Numbered from the stretch's first letter, positions 34,901 through 45,031 are shown. The stretch is DNA of 62,482 bases from Thermodesulfovibrionales bacterium (GCA_044450345.1 JBIOIY010000010.1:1-62482); one strand, 5' to 3'. Notes: a model not told the origin generated them from the sequence alone. Numbers and translations: made by a program.

Positions 34901-36997
34901 ATGGTAAATAGAGTTGAGATTGAAATACGTGGAAAAGGGCTGAGTTTTGAGACCGGCAAGATGGCGAGGCAGGCGGACGGGTCCGTGGTCGCCCAGTACG
35001 GCGATACGGTCATACTTGCGACTGCGGTCAGCAGTAAGACCCCGAGAGTAGGGATCGATTTTTTCCCTCTCACGATAGATTATCAGGAAAAGACATATTC
35101 AGCCGGGAAGATCCCGGGCGGTTTTTTTAAGAGAGAGGGAAGGCCCACCGAAAAGGAGGTCCTTACCTCAAGGCTTATCGACAGACCGGTCAGGCCGCTT
35201 TTCCCGAAAGGGTTTGCCTGCGAAACACAGGGCATAGTAAGCGTCCTTTCCTACGGGGACGAAAACATAGCCGACCTCCTCGGGATCACCGCGATGTCCG
35301 CTGCCCTTCATATATCAGACATACCCTTTGACGGTCCCGTGGGCGCAGTAAGGATCGGAAGGATCTCGGGTTCTTTCGTGATCAACCCGGACCTGAGAGA
35401 AGCTGAAGAATGCGATATCAATCTGGTCGTCGCCGGGACCGAAGACGCCGTGGCGATGGTCGAGGGCAGCGCCCAGGAGATGAGTGAGGCAGACCTCCTC
35501 GAAGCGATAGATATCGCCCACAGAGAGATCAAGCGGCTCTGCCAGGTCCAGAATGAATTCCGGGCTAAGGCCGGAAAACCGAAGAGGGCCGTGGTCGCAC
35601 CTGTCACCGACGAGACGCTCGAAAAGACCGTCAGGGATATGGCCCTTGCGAAGATAAAAGAGGCCATTGTGATCCCCGACAAGATGTTGAGGCAGGCGGC
35701 TCTCGACGAGATCAGGAAGGGGATAATCGAACAGCTCAATACCGAAGAAAAAAATGTCTCGGCGGAGGTCTCCGCCGTGTTTCACGATATCGAGAAACAG
35801 CTTGTAAGGAACATGATCCTGAATGATAATATCAGGGCCGATGGGAGGTCACCGGAACAGATCAGGCAGATCACCGCCGAAGTCGGTATACTTCCGAGGA
35901 CTCACGGCTCTGCTTTATTTATAAGGGGTGAGACGCAGTGCCTTGCTGTGGTTACACTCGGCACTTCGGAAGACGAACAGAGGATAGATTCGCTCGAGGG
36001 CGAGACGTCCAAGACCTTCATGCTCCATTATAATTTTCCGCCTTTCAGCGTCGGTGAGGTGAAGCCCTTAAGGTCGCCGGGCAGAAGGGAGATCGGACAC
36101 GGGATACTGGCCGAGAGGTCATTGAAGGCGGTCATGCCCCAGAAGACGGAGTTCCCTTATACGGTGCGTATCGTCTCGGACATACTGGAGTCGAACGGCT
36201 CTTCTTCAATGGCTACGGTCTGCGGCGGTACACTCGCCCTGATGGATGCGGGTGTGCCGGTCAAGTCTCCTGTGGCGGGCATTGCGATGGGACTTATCAA
36301 GGAAGGGGAAAGGTTCGTCGTACTGACCGACATCCTCGGGCTTGAGGACCACCTCGGCGATATGGACTTCAAAGTAACGGGTACTGCAAACGGCATCTGC
36401 GCGTTCCAGATGGACACGAAGATAGGCGGGATACCGAGGGGAGTGATGGAAAAGGCCCTCGAACAGGCGAGACAGGGAAGGCTTTTCATCCTGGGTAAGA
36501 TGAAGGAGACCCTCGAAGGGCCGAGGTCCGACCTCTCGATGCATGCGCCGAGGATCTACACCATGCATATCAAACAGGAGAAGATACGCGACGTCATCGG
36601 GTCCGGAGGAAAGGTGATCCGGGGCATCATCGAGCAGACGGGCGTCAAGATAGATATCGACGACAGCGGCCTTATCAATATCGCTGCTGCCGACGGTGAA
36701 GCCGCCCAGAAAGCGATAGACATCATCAACAATATTACCGCCGAGGCGGAGATCGGGAAGATTTACCAGGGCAAGGTCAAGAGGATCATGGATTTCGGGG
36801 CCTTTGTAGAGATCATTCCCGGGACGGAGGGGCTCGTCCATATTTCTCAGCTCGACGACAAGAGGGTGGCGCAGGTCACCGACGTGGTCAAAGAAGGAGA
36901 CGAGATCCTCGTGAAGGTAATAGAGATAGACAAGATGGGCAGGATACGCCTCAGCAGGAAAGAGGCGATGAAGGAGAAAGGTTCCGAAACTGCATAG
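34901..36997 (+). CDS. pnp: Polyribonucleotide nucleotidyltransferase
   Basis: GKIPGGFFKREG, RREIGHG, ESNGSSSMA and DMDFKV motifs, plus KH and S1 domains. Confidence 0.99.
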   Translation: MVNRVEIEIRGKGLSFETGKMARQADGSVVAQYGDTVILATAVSSKTPRVGIDFFPLTIDYQEKTYSAGKIPGGFFKREGRPTEKEVLTSRLIDRPVRPLFPKGFACETQGIVSVLSYGDENIADLLGITAMSAALHISDIPFDGPVGAVRIGRISGSFVINPDLREAEECDINLVVAGTEDAVAMVEGSAQEMSEADLLEAIDIAHREIKRLCQVQNEFRAKAGKPKRAVVAPVTDETLEKTVRDMALAKIKEAIVIPDKMLRQAALDEIRKGIIEQLNTEEKNVSAEVSAVFHDIEKQLVRNMILNDNIRADGRSPEQIRQITAEVGILPRTHGSALFIRGETQCLAVVTLGTSEDEQRIDSLEGETSKTFMLHYNFPPFSVGEVKPLRSPGRREIGHGILAERSLKAVMPQKTEFPYTVRIVSDILESNGSSSMATVCGGTLALMDAGVPVKSPVAGIAMGLIKEGERFVVLTDILGLEDHLGDMDFKVTGTANGICAFQMDTKIGGIPRGVMEKALEQARQGRLFILGKMKETLEGPRSDLSMHAPRIYTMHIKQEKIRDVIGSGGKVIRGIIEQTGVKIDIDDSGLINIAAADGEAAQKAIDIINNITAEAEIGKIYQGKVKRIMDFGAFVEIIPGTEGLVHISQLDDKRVAQVTDVVKEGDEILVKVIEIDKMGRIRLSRKEAMKEKGSETA

Positions 36998-37023
36998 CTG
37001 CACTTTCACTTGCTCGATGGATG

Positions 37024-37049
37024 AAGGGGATAATTCATATCCCCTTTTT
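37024..37049 (+). terminator. Intrinsic terminator after pnp
   Basis: AAGGGGATA-ATTCA-TATCCCCTT plus Ts. Confidence 0.75.
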
Positions 37050-37138
37050 AGTTTAGATATCTGGGGGTCTTAATTCTCCTTTTTTTAAAAGCCTATTTTC
37101 TGTGGTATCATTTTAGCTGAGGGCGGAAAGGAATCCGA

Positions 37139-38386
37139 ATGTTTAAGAAGGAACATCTTGAAAACGGGATACCGGTGGTCATGGAGCCGATCAGCGGCGT
37201 GCGTTCCGTGGCGGTCGGCGTCTGGGTAAAGGTCGGCTCGAGATACGAGACGCAAGAGGAAAGCGGCATATCCCACTTCCTCGAACATATGTTTTTCAAG
37301 GGGACGAAAAAGAGGACGACAAAGGACATCTCCGTTGACATCGATTCACTGGGCGGAGACCTGAACGCCTTTACCTCGAGGGAAAATACCGCCTTTTACA
37401 TTAAGGTCCTCGATGAACACGTCAATAAAGGCGTTGACCTCCTTTCCGACATCTTTGTCAACTCCGTCTTCCCTGAAGACGAACTCGAGAAAGAAAAGAA
37501 GATCATCAAGGAAGAGATAAAAATGGTCGAGGACACGCCCGACGATTACATCCATGACCTCTTCAGCCTCACTGTGTGGGGACAGGAAGGGATCGGGCAG
37601 CCGATCCTAGGACGGAGGGAGACGGTCGCGTCCTTCACGAGAGACCATGTGATGTCGCATATCAGGAAATATTACGGGACAAAGGACATCGTCATTTCCT
37701 GTGCCGGGAACTTTAATCGGGAAGAGATGATCGCCTTACTGAACAGGCGTTTCGGCGGGCTCAGGCAGGGCTCGACGCCGAAGAAGGGTATTGAGCCGGT
37801 GTTCCAGCGGAGCATCAAGGTCTATTCGAAGGAGATGTCCGAGGCGCATATCTGCATAGGGGTGCCCGGCGTCTCCCAGGTGAGCGAAGAACGGTACGCG
37901 TTCTTCGTCCTTAACACAATCCTCGGCGCGGGTGTGAGCTCCCGTCTCTTCCAGGAGATCAGAGAGAGGAGGGGGCTTGCGTATTCGGTGTATTCCTTCA
38001 CGTCCTCATATCAGGATGCCGGATTGTGGGGCGTTTATGCCGGCGTGTCCAAAAAGAGGATAAGGGAAGTGGCCGAACTCATTATCGCCGAGATGCGGGA
38101 CTTCAGCCATACCCTTACCGATGTCGAACTCCAGAGGGCGAAGAACCACCTGAAGGGGAACCTGATACTGGGTCTCGAATCGACGAACAGCAGGATGAAC
38201 AACCTGGCGAGGCAGGAGATCTATTTCGGCAGGTACATCTCCCCCGAGGAGGTCCTCAAGTCGGTCGATCTGGTCAACATGAAGCAGATCAGAGAGCTCT
38301 CCGAGAGGCTCATCAGCAACGACATGTTTGCCGTGACCGCATTGGGGCCGCTCCAGAAGAACATCCTCGACGGCATAGTCGGTTAA
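37139..38386 (+). CDS. M16 (pitrilysin-family) zinc peptidase
   Basis: GISHFLEHMFFKGT (HxxEH), NAFTSRE and SSRLFQEIRERRGLAYSV; usual position after pnp. Confidence 0.95.
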   Translation: MFKKEHLENGIPVVMEPISGVRSVAVGVWVKVGSRYETQEESGISHFLEHMFFKGTKKRTTKDISVDIDSLGGDLNAFTSRENTAFYIKVLDEHVNKGVDLLSDIFVNSVFPEDELEKEKKIIKEEIKMVEDTPDDYIHDLFSLTVWGQEGIGQPILGRRETVASFTRDHVMSHIRKYYGTKDIVISCAGNFNREEMIALLNRRFGGLRQGSTPKKGIEPVFQRSIKVYSKEMSEAHICIGVPGVSQVSEERYAFFVLNTILGAGVSSRLFQEIRERRGLAYSVYSFTSSYQDAGLWGVYAGVSKKRIREVAELIIAEMRDFSHTLTDVELQRAKNHLKGNLILGLESTNSRMNNLARQEIYFGRYISPEEVLKSVDLVNMKQIRELSERLISNDMFAVTALGPLQKNILDGIVG

Positions 38387-38408
38387 TAGGGGCACATTGC
38401 GCCCCTAC
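38387..38408. repeat. GTAG-type REP palindrome between convergent genes
   Basis: TAGGGGC-ACATTGC-GCCCCTAC; overlaps the stop codon of the minus-strand gene. Confidence 0.55.
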
Positions 38409-39217
38409 GGCTGTTTATTTTCCGCCTTCACGTGTTCGTGGGCCTTCAAGTGCTCCATGCAGTATTCATAGTCGCCTTCGCAGGTGGAGCAATATCTGAA
38501 ATCCATCCCCGGGTCGTCCTTTTCGGTCTTATTGCAGACCGTGCAACGGTGTATGGTGGCGGGCCTTTGCTGGGCCAGTGCCCTGAAGGGTTTCCTTCTT
38601 TGAAATGCAGAGCCTCTTTGGTGAATGGTCGAGAAGATGTCGCTTCCGAAAAAAAGGAAATAATTTCCGACTGAAACAAGTGCCGCTACCTTGCCCGAAA
38701 GCGGCGCGGTCAGTACGGTAAATGCGATAAAGGCCCAGTTGAGCCAGGCCAGATACTTCACCTTCACGGGGAGGATGAAGAACAGCAGTATTTGATAGTC
38801 CGGGTATACATATGCAAACGCCAGGAATAATGAAAGGTTGAGGTAGAGCGCGGTTGCGCCTTGTCCTGTGATGAATGCAGCAAGGCCGGTCGCGAGCATC
38901 CCGGTAAAATAATACATATTGAACCTGAAGCTCCCCCATTCGTGTTCGAGGCCAATACCTACGATGTAGTAGAAATAGAGGATGAAAAAAATCCAGAGGA
39001 TCGAGGTCGCCGGTGGTATGAAGACGAAGGTAACCAGTCTCCAGATTTCACCCTGCATGATGAGATAGGGATCGAGGACCAGTTTGCCTATCGCCCCGCT
39101 CTGCGGATAGGCATAGCGGAGGAAATAGATCAGTGCATTCAGGCCGACGATATACACTATCAATTCCCTTATCGCATATCGCCCGAACCTTCTTTCCATC
39201 CTGTCCAGCAAATTCAC
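38405..39217 (-). CDS. Rhomboid/Der1-like membrane protein with a C-terminal Cys/His zinc finger
   Basis: GEIWRLVTFVF, several TMs, and HRCTVC...FRYCSTC...YCMEH; AGGAGG before the GTG at 39217. Confidence 0.75.
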   Translation of the reverse strand: MNLLDRMERRFGRYAIRELIVYIVGLNALIYFLRYAYPQSGAIGKLVLDPYLIMQGEIWRLVTFVFIPPATSILWIFFILYFYYIVGIGLEHEWGSFRFNMYYFTGMLATGLAAFITGQGATALYLNLSLFLAFAYVYPDYQILLFFILPVKVKYLAWLNWAFIAFTVLTAPLSGKVAALVSVGNYFLFFGSDIFSTIHQRGSAFQRRKPFRALAQQRPATIHRCTVCNKTEKDDPGMDFRYCSTCEGDYEYCMEHLKAHEHVKAENKQP

Positions 39218-39353
39218 AACGATGCTCCTCCTATAAACGATTCCATTCTTCAACGGTGACTAATATTACCAGACCCTGGGCTTCAAAAACATAAGAACCA
39301 GCGATATGAACGGAAGAACTGTGTTTACCGACTTGTTCCACCCGTAGATCATT

Positions 39354-39680
39354 TCATAGTCCTTCAATCAGCTTGTAATACTCCCTGATTGTACGAATGG
39401 ATTCCATCGTGGCCTTGAACAAGAACCAGCTGAGAACAAGGATTCCTATGGTAAGTCCGATCTTCCATGCCCGGGTCGTTTTAGGACGCCACCAAATCAG
39501 GGGCAACGCAAGAGGCCCCACAGTGCAGACTGCGATGATAATGAAGGCTTTTCGGAAATACCATGGAAGCTTTTCTTCTGCAGAGCGTGGGGGGGCGGAG
39601 GCGTCCAGAAACTCACCGCAGTGTTTACACTTTATAGCGGCGTCTTGAATATCTTCAGCGCAGAAGGGACACTTTTTCAT
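39354..39680 (-). CDS. Zinc-ribbon membrane protein
   Basis: MKKCPFCAEDIQDAAIKCKHCGE plus two TMs; starts just after the attC R' site. Confidence 0.8.
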   Translation of the reverse strand: MKKCPFCAEDIQDAAIKCKHCGEFLDASAPPRSAEEKLPWYFRKAFIIIAVCTVGPLALPLIWWRPKTTRAWKIGLTIGILVLSWFLFKATMESIRTIREYYKLIEGL

Positions 39681-39689
39681 TATCGCCTG

Positions 39690-39753
39690 TCTTAACGACT
39701 AAACTAACCGGCGCGCAGTTTTCTTGCGCGTCCGGTTGAGTGCTTTGTTAGAC
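39690..39753 (-). mobile_element. Integron attC recombination site
   Basis: Minus strand: R'' GTCTAAC, L'' ACTCAACC, GGACGCGCA-loop-TGCGCGCC, L' GGTTAGT, R' GTTAAGA. The arms pair with two extrahelical bases. Confidence 0.8.
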
Positions 39754-40051
39754 CGCCTGCCTTTATAGCCTCATTGATCAATCGCAGCTCAAGTCGATAA
39801 CCGAGGGCATGAGCATATTTCTGTAATGTGGCCAATGATGGCGAATGTTTCCCTTTTCCGGATTCTAGGCGTGCCACAGCGGACTGCGTTGTCCCGATAC
39901 GTTCGGCGACCTCCGCCTGAGTGACACCGGCTGCGGTGCGTGCCTTCAAAAACTCGTCAAAGAGGGCAAACTCCTCATCGAGCCGATCATATTCGGCCTT
40001 AACATTCGTACGAGCTAGAGCACGAGACTTAAGTTCTTTGTGTGTGAGCAT
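39704..40051 (-). CDS. XRE-family HTH antitoxin (HigA-like)
   Basis: GVTQAEVAERIGTTQSAVARLESG...SPSLATLQKYAHALG. Overlaps the toxin; the C-terminal tail is translated attC. Confidence 0.88.
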   Translation of the reverse strand: MLTHKELKSRALARTNVKAEYDRLDEEFALFDEFLKARTAAGVTQAEVAERIGTTQSAVARLESGKGKHSPSLATLQKYAHALGYRLELRLINEAIKAGGLTKHSTGRARKLRAG

Positions 40052-40370
40052 TTTTTACCTCCTTCATACGCCGCCGAGCTGTTGCAATCTCTCTGGGCGG
40101 CGTCTTGTCTGTTTTTTTGATGAACTGGTGAAGCACCATGATCTTTTTTCCGATCATCGTGCAGTAAAAGACACGTGAAATTCCTTCTGCGGCGTTTAGC
40201 CGCAACTCAAAAAGGCCGTCACCCAATGCGCGAGTGTGCGGCATACCCAAGTCTGGACCAAATACCTCCATCCTGTCGGAATATCGAAGATAGCGGGCAA
40301 GCAAGCCTGCCGGCATGGCGAGGATTTCTTGTTGCACTGATTCACTGTAATAGGTGAGTGTCCAGTTCAC
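40029..40370 (-). CDS. RelE/ParE-superfamily toxin (HigB/Gp49-like)
   Basis: LGMPHTRALGDGLFELR...RVFYC...LHQFIKKTDKTP; toxin-first order. Confidence 0.9.
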   Translation of the reverse strand: MNWTLTYYSESVQQEILAMPAGLLARYLRYSDRMEVFGPDLGMPHTRALGDGLFELRLNAAEGISRVFYCTMIGKKIMVLHQFIKKTDKTPPREIATARRRMKEVKNAHTQRT

Positions 40371-40376
40371 GATATT

Positions 40377-40395
40377 ATTATAGCGGATTTGCTAT
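40377..40395 (-). promoter_or_regulatory. TA -10 box with overlapping operator palindrome
   Basis: TATAAT (40382-40377) lies 6 nt before the GTG; inverted repeat ATAGC-N6-GCTAT at 40380-40395. Confidence 0.6.
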
Positions 40396-40421
40396 ATTGA
40401 AGCAAAATAGAAATTGTACTT

Positions 40422-40670
40422 TCATTTGCTGGCGGAATGCCAGTCGTCATTTGATAGACTGCGAAGATATTGGTCTACAACATTGAGAATCCCTTTTTCT
40501 GCAGCATATTCAATATGTTGTCTGAGTCTTAACATTTTCTCTATCCCTGATGTATTGTCCCAGGCTGCGAGAATTAGCGGTAAGGGCGGCTGCCATCCGT
40601 TACCAACGCGTTTTTTGTCGGGGAGCATTTCCCACAATTCATGCCACTTTCCGGGCTCCGGACAGATTCG
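40422..40670 (-). pseudogene. 5'-truncated conserved hypothetical gene
   Basis: The frame reads RICPEPGKWHELWEMLPDKKRVGNGWQPPLPLILAAW..., but an upstream in-frame TAA and no start or SD precede the RICP motif. Confidence 0.5.
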
Positions 40671-40710
40671 ACCTTCGCGTATCGCGATTCGCTCTTACTT
40701 AAGGCGGGCG

Positions 40711-41940
40711 CTATTTTTTCTTCGAAAGGTTCTTGAGGTCGATGAAGATATCTTCCAGACTCTGGTACCTGTCTTCCTTTACCTTCCGTGTGCATTTGAT
40801 CACGATCTCGTCAAGCCAATCGGGGACGTCGGTAATATCGCTGGCCCGAGTGGAGCCGAGACCTTTGAGGTCCCCTGTGAGCATTTCGTAAAGCATGACT
40901 CCGGAGGAGTATATGTCCGCCCTTACATCCGGCTGCTCCCCCTTTGAGACCTCCGGGGCACGATAGCCCGAAGAGACAAAGCCGCTGAGAAAGGAGACGT
41001 TGTTCTGCGGGTCTATTGCAACAGTATCCGGACTTAGGAGGCCGAAGCCGCGGCCGCTTCTATGCGCCTCCTGCAACTTTCTGAGCATCTGGACCCAGAG
41101 CTTCAGACTGTATTTAGGCTCTATCCTGCCGCTTCTGATGAGACTCCTGAGCCTTGTCGTTCCCTCCGGGGCCTCTTCCTTCCGGGCGGAAGCCGAAAGA
41201 AGATGGATTTTTTCTCTTACGTCTTTGTAGGACGGATCGGCCTTGTCTATTTCCTTCAGCACTCCTAGCGCCTTTTCTGTTTCGCCTATGACTTCGAGCT
41301 TATGGGCATAGGTGTAATGATCTTCAATGTTCGAGGCCTCCACTGCTTTGCCGGCGAGGGAAAGTCCGAACATCTCGACGGCCTCTTTGTCCATGCCTTC
41401 CTTCTCAAGGAGGACCGACGCCCTTCTGTACTCTCCTGCCTCCCTGTAGGCCCTCATTGCGGCAAGGTTCCTCCCCGCCCTTTCAAACATCATGGCGGCG
41501 TCGATTTTTTTTCCGGCCTTGTCATAGAGCTTTGCAGCTCCTTCATAATCCCCTTCCCTGACAGAGACCTCGGCCGAGCCTTCCAAGTCACCCTGTTTTT
41601 CGTACATCTCTTTTGCCTTTTGAGACATTCCAAGGGATTCGTAAAGGACTGCAGCCTCGCGGTGCGCGCCGCCTTTTTCGTAAAGTGCCGCGGCCTTCCC
41701 GCGGTCCTTCAGCCTGGTTTCATAGACATCCGCGGCGGACACGAATTTGCCTTTCTTTTCGTAATCCTCTGCCTCTTTTTTGTAGTCTTCCAGTAGCGTG
41801 GTCTGCATCTTTTTTCCGATGGTGTTTTTATAAACGAATCTGAGGAGTAAGAAAAGGAGAATGATTACAGGGACAGCGATGATGAAAAATAACCACATTA
41901 ACCCTGTTCTTGCATCGCCCCCCGGGGAAGGGATATTCAT
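40711..41940 (-). CDS. Membrane-anchored TPR-like repeat protein with a degenerate Ser/Thr kinase C-lobe (start uncertain, 41940-42054)
   Basis: TM, AAxLYEKxG helical repeats, then YRAPE, DVRADIYSSGVMLYEMLTG and DRYQS. Lacks the Gly loop, VAIK, HRD and DFG. Confidence 0.8.
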   Translation of the reverse strand: MNIPSPGGDARTGLMWLFFIIAVPVIILLFLLLRFVYKNTIGKKMQTTLLEDYKKEAEDYEKKGKFVSAADVYETRLKDRGKAAALYEKGGAHREAAVLYESLGMSQKAKEMYEKQGDLEGSAEVSVREGDYEGAAKLYDKAGKKIDAAMMFERAGRNLAAMRAYREAGEYRRASVLLEKEGMDKEAVEMFGLSLAGKAVEASNIEDHYTYAHKLEVIGETEKALGVLKEIDKADPSYKDVREKIHLLSASARKEEAPEGTTRLRSLIRSGRIEPKYSLKLWVQMLRKLQEAHRSGRGFGLLSPDTVAIDPQNNVSFLSGFVSSGYRAPEVSKGEQPDVRADIYSSGVMLYEMLTGDLKGLGSTRASDITDVPDWLDEIVIKCTRKVKEDRYQSLEDIFIDLKNLSKKK

Positions 41941-42053
41941 CCCCGGCTCTCCGGCAAGGGGAAGGCTGAAACGAGGTATCAGGTCCGGCACGTTCATTTG
42001 ATATCGCAAGACTCCATCGTTGATAGTGTCGGTCATCGAACCTGCCTGTGTCA

Positions 42054-42236
42054 AGGGGGGTGTTACTTTTTTCCCCTCTCCCTAGGGGAAGAGGGGAGGG
42101 GCTTTCGGGATCGAGCGAGAACCATCCCTCTGTGTCCCCCCTTCGGGAATCATAACTCCCCTTAACCCCCTCTTATCTTAAGAGGGGGAGAGGCGGAGCC
42201 TGGGGGCGTTATCTTAAAGAGGGGATTAAAGGTGGT
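42054..42236. repeat. Cluster of palindromic repeats including the family B long form (42128-42235)
   Basis: CCCCTC-TCCCTAGGGGAA-GAGGGG hairpin, plus CTCTGTGTCCCCCCTT...CCCCCTCTTATCTTAAGAGGGGG...GGGGGCGTTATCTTAA matching 750-900. Confidence 0.85.
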
Positions 42237-42244
42237 GGCGGGTG

Positions 42245-43546
42245 TCAGGACATATTGTGGCTCTTCACTTTGAGTTTGAGTTTGTCTACTTCATGAGGGT
42301 CATAGCCTGAGAAGAGATATGAAAAGACGGTGTTGTTGGTAAGAAGCGGGTCCATGCCTTCTTTTACAACGCCCTTATGCTGAAGGTCCTTCCAGCACTC
42401 TGTCCCCGGTATAGGCGAAAACTCGGAGAGGTGGACATTTACGTCGAGTGACGTCAGGAAAGCCACTCCTTCCTTTACTTCGTCGAATGACTGACCGGGC
42501 AGACCGTACATGAGATAGACCCCGATCTCGTTTTTCGCGAAGCCGTGCCTCTTCAGATGCCCCACAGCCGAAGCGAGGTCTTCGCACGTGACCTTGTCCC
42601 CTGTCTCTTTCTGCCTTTCCCTGTCAACCGTCTCCAGGCCCAGTCTGATCGTGCTGAACCCGGAACCCCTCATGAGACGGGCGAGTTCGTCGTCGATGAA
42701 CCTTGCGTGAAGTCCGTTGGGGCAGTGGAACCTTGCATTCAGATCGAGCGTCTTGATTTCGCTAAGGATGGGCTTGATATGTCTATCGGCGTCGACCAGG
42801 AGGGCGTCGTCGTAAAAGGCGAAGTCCCGGACCCCTTTCTCACTGAGCTCTTTTATTTCATGTACGACTTCACCGGGCGTTCTCCTGGAGAAGTCCTTCT
42901 GGAGGATGCGTGAGGCGCAGTATGCGCATGCAAAGGGACATCCCGTTCCCGTCAGGATGGGTGCGAACGGGTCGTCAGGATATAGACCGAGCATGTGGTA
43001 AGGGGATGCGGCTTCCGTTTTCTTTTTCAGCCTGAACCCGAAGGTATTGAAGACTACCCTTATATCTTCTCCGACGGGACCCTTATAAATGAAATCGGCC
43101 CCTGATCTGCCGGACGCGTGGCTATGCCAGAGCGTCGCGTATATGCCCCCGAGGACAATAGGGACATCCTTGTACTCTTCTTTCATAATCTCTATGACTT
43201 TGTGGACCCCAGGGTACCACCATGACATGATAGAGGTGACGAAAACAAGATCGCAAGGCGCTGCCCTCGACAGTCCCAGTCTGAAATCATCGGTAGTTAT
43301 GCCGTATCTTCCGAAAGTCCTCGGCACCTGCTTCAGGCATTCAGGTTTTTGGACCGGTTCTTTCGGATATTTGCCTCTCGACGATCCCGCTTTGAGGAAG
43401 ACATCAGTGCAGTCGATGAGCGAGAGTCCAACATCGTAGCAGCTCAGACATTCGGCAACCTTGAGGAGTCCGAGCGGCCTGGACCAGAGGTTGGCGGCGG
43501 CGAAGTCGTATATCCAGGGGTTTATGAGTAAGATGCGGAGCTTCAC
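42245..43546 (-). CDS. B12-binding-domain radical SAM protein
   Basis: ILLINPWIYDFAA, PLGLL, LGGIYATL, GCPFACAYC (CX3CX2C), FYDDALL and LGLET; GTG start. Confidence 0.92.
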   Translation of the reverse strand: MKLRILLINPWIYDFAAANLWSRPLGLLKVAECLSCYDVGLSLIDCTDVFLKAGSSRGKYPKEPVQKPECLKQVPRTFGRYGITTDDFRLGLSRAAPCDLVFVTSIMSWWYPGVHKVIEIMKEEYKDVPIVLGGIYATLWHSHASGRSGADFIYKGPVGEDIRVVFNTFGFRLKKKTEAASPYHMLGLYPDDPFAPILTGTGCPFACAYCASRILQKDFSRRTPGEVVHEIKELSEKGVRDFAFYDDALLVDADRHIKPILSEIKTLDLNARFHCPNGLHARFIDDELARLMRGSGFSTIRLGLETVDRERQKETGDKVTCEDLASAVGHLKRHGFAKNEIGVYLMYGLPGQSFDEVKEGVAFLTSLDVNVHLSEFSPIPGTECWKDLQHKGVVKEGMDPLLTNNTVFSYLFSGYDPHEVDKLKLKVKSHNMS

Positions 43547-44883
43547 ATCTGCCAGCCGGCCTTGTCTTCTCTTGCCCCCTCCACTTCGGCCTTTTTCGAA
43601 TCAAACCCTCTTTTACCCATCATGCCGTAGGTGTAGTTCTTGCCTTCTTCGACGCCCGGTTGGTTGAAGGGGTTGATCCCGAGCAGAAGACCTGTGAAGG
43701 CCGTAGCGATCTCGAAGAACATGAAGAGCTGCCCAAGGTTGTATGCGTCTATGGCCGGAATAGTGATAGTCATATTCGGGTGTCCTCTTTTTGCGAGCGC
43801 GAGTTCCGAGGATTCCTCCTCGGCCTTTATCAGTTCAGAAAGGGTGCGGCCTGAAAGATAACTTGTTCCCTCGATTTCATCGAATACCCGGGGTATCCCA
43901 AAGTCGACACCGTAATCATCGACCTTTATGAAGGTGACGACCTTGTCTGCAGGCCCCTCCATCCAGAGCTGGAGCTGGGAGTGCTGGTCTGTTGTGCCGA
44001 CGGAGGGGTAGGGCGTCATCCCTCTGCCCTGCTTGCCGAGGCTCTCGGCCCAGAGCTGGCAGAACCATTCGGAGAGGAACTTGAGACTGTCCGCATAAGG
44101 GATCAGCACGTTTATATTTCTTCTCGAGGTTACATTCATGAGATAGAGCATCGCGCCGAACATGTATGCCGGGTTTTGCCATATCTCATCCGAGGAGCAC
44201 CTCTCACGCAGATCGGCCGCGCCCTTGAGCAATTCCCGCGAGTCGACTCCGACGACCTCGGCAAGAAGCAGCCCGACCGGGCTCAGTACCGAATACCTTC
44301 CGCCTATCCCTTTTTCTATCGGCAGTGTCCTCATCCCGTTATCGGATGCTATCTTCCTCATGTTTCCGGAGGAAGGGTCGGTCGTTGCGATGAACCTCTT
44401 TGCGGCGCCGTTGCCGACCGCCTTTCTCATTTCGTCCCAGAGTATCATAAAGGAGGCGGCTGTCTCGGCAGTGCTGCCCGATTTCGAGATGACGTTGATC
44501 GTTGTCCTCTTTAGGTCGACAAGAGAGAGGATGCCCTTGAGTGTGCGAGGGTCCACGTTGTCGTAAATAAAGACCCCCGGCTTTTCCGTGAGGTTATGAA
44601 ACGGTCGGAGACCTTCGAGTATTGCCCTCGGCCCGAGCGCGGAGCCCCCGATACCCAGGACGAGGAATGTGTCTGATTCCTGTCTCACTTCGCTGCCGAT
44701 CCTTTTGATCTCCGAGGTGTCCCTGTCGGGAAGGTCCATAAATTCAAGTTCCTTCCATTTCCTGTCTGCGATCTCTTTATGCTCTTCGCGCACCCTGCCT
44801 TTGAGTTCGTCGAAGACCTTTTCGTCCAAGCCGTTGACGCCTATAACTTTCCTCATCATGTTCGCAAAATTGAGTACGATCAT
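43543..44883 (-). CDS. pgi: Glucose-6-phosphate isomerase
   Basis: GIGGSALG, ISKSGST, GGRYSVL, QLWAESLGK, DQHSQLQ and PFNQPGVEEGK. Confidence 0.97.
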   Translation of the reverse strand: MIVLNFANMMRKVIGVNGLDEKVFDELKGRVREEHKEIADRKWKELEFMDLPDRDTSEIKRIGSEVRQESDTFLVLGIGGSALGPRAILEGLRPFHNLTEKPGVFIYDNVDPRTLKGILSLVDLKRTTINVISKSGSTAETAASFMILWDEMRKAVGNGAAKRFIATTDPSSGNMRKIASDNGMRTLPIEKGIGGRYSVLSPVGLLLAEVVGVDSRELLKGAADLRERCSSDEIWQNPAYMFGAMLYLMNVTSRRNINVLIPYADSLKFLSEWFCQLWAESLGKQGRGMTPYPSVGTTDQHSQLQLWMEGPADKVVTFIKVDDYGVDFGIPRVFDEIEGTSYLSGRTLSELIKAEEESSELALAKRGHPNMTITIPAIDAYNLGQLFMFFEIATAFTGLLLGINPFNQPGVEEGKNYTYGMMGKRGFDSKKAEVEGAREDKAGWQM

Positions 44884-45031
44884 AATTCCTCCGGTAGATG
44901 CGGTCGAAATAAATATATATAAATCTTACACCGCCCTATGGAAGCTGGCAACATTTTTTCCAATGCAATGAAGGGGCGTTGCCGCGAACTCTATTGCGGG
45001 AAGGGCCAGGGCTGACGGGAGACTTGTGCCC

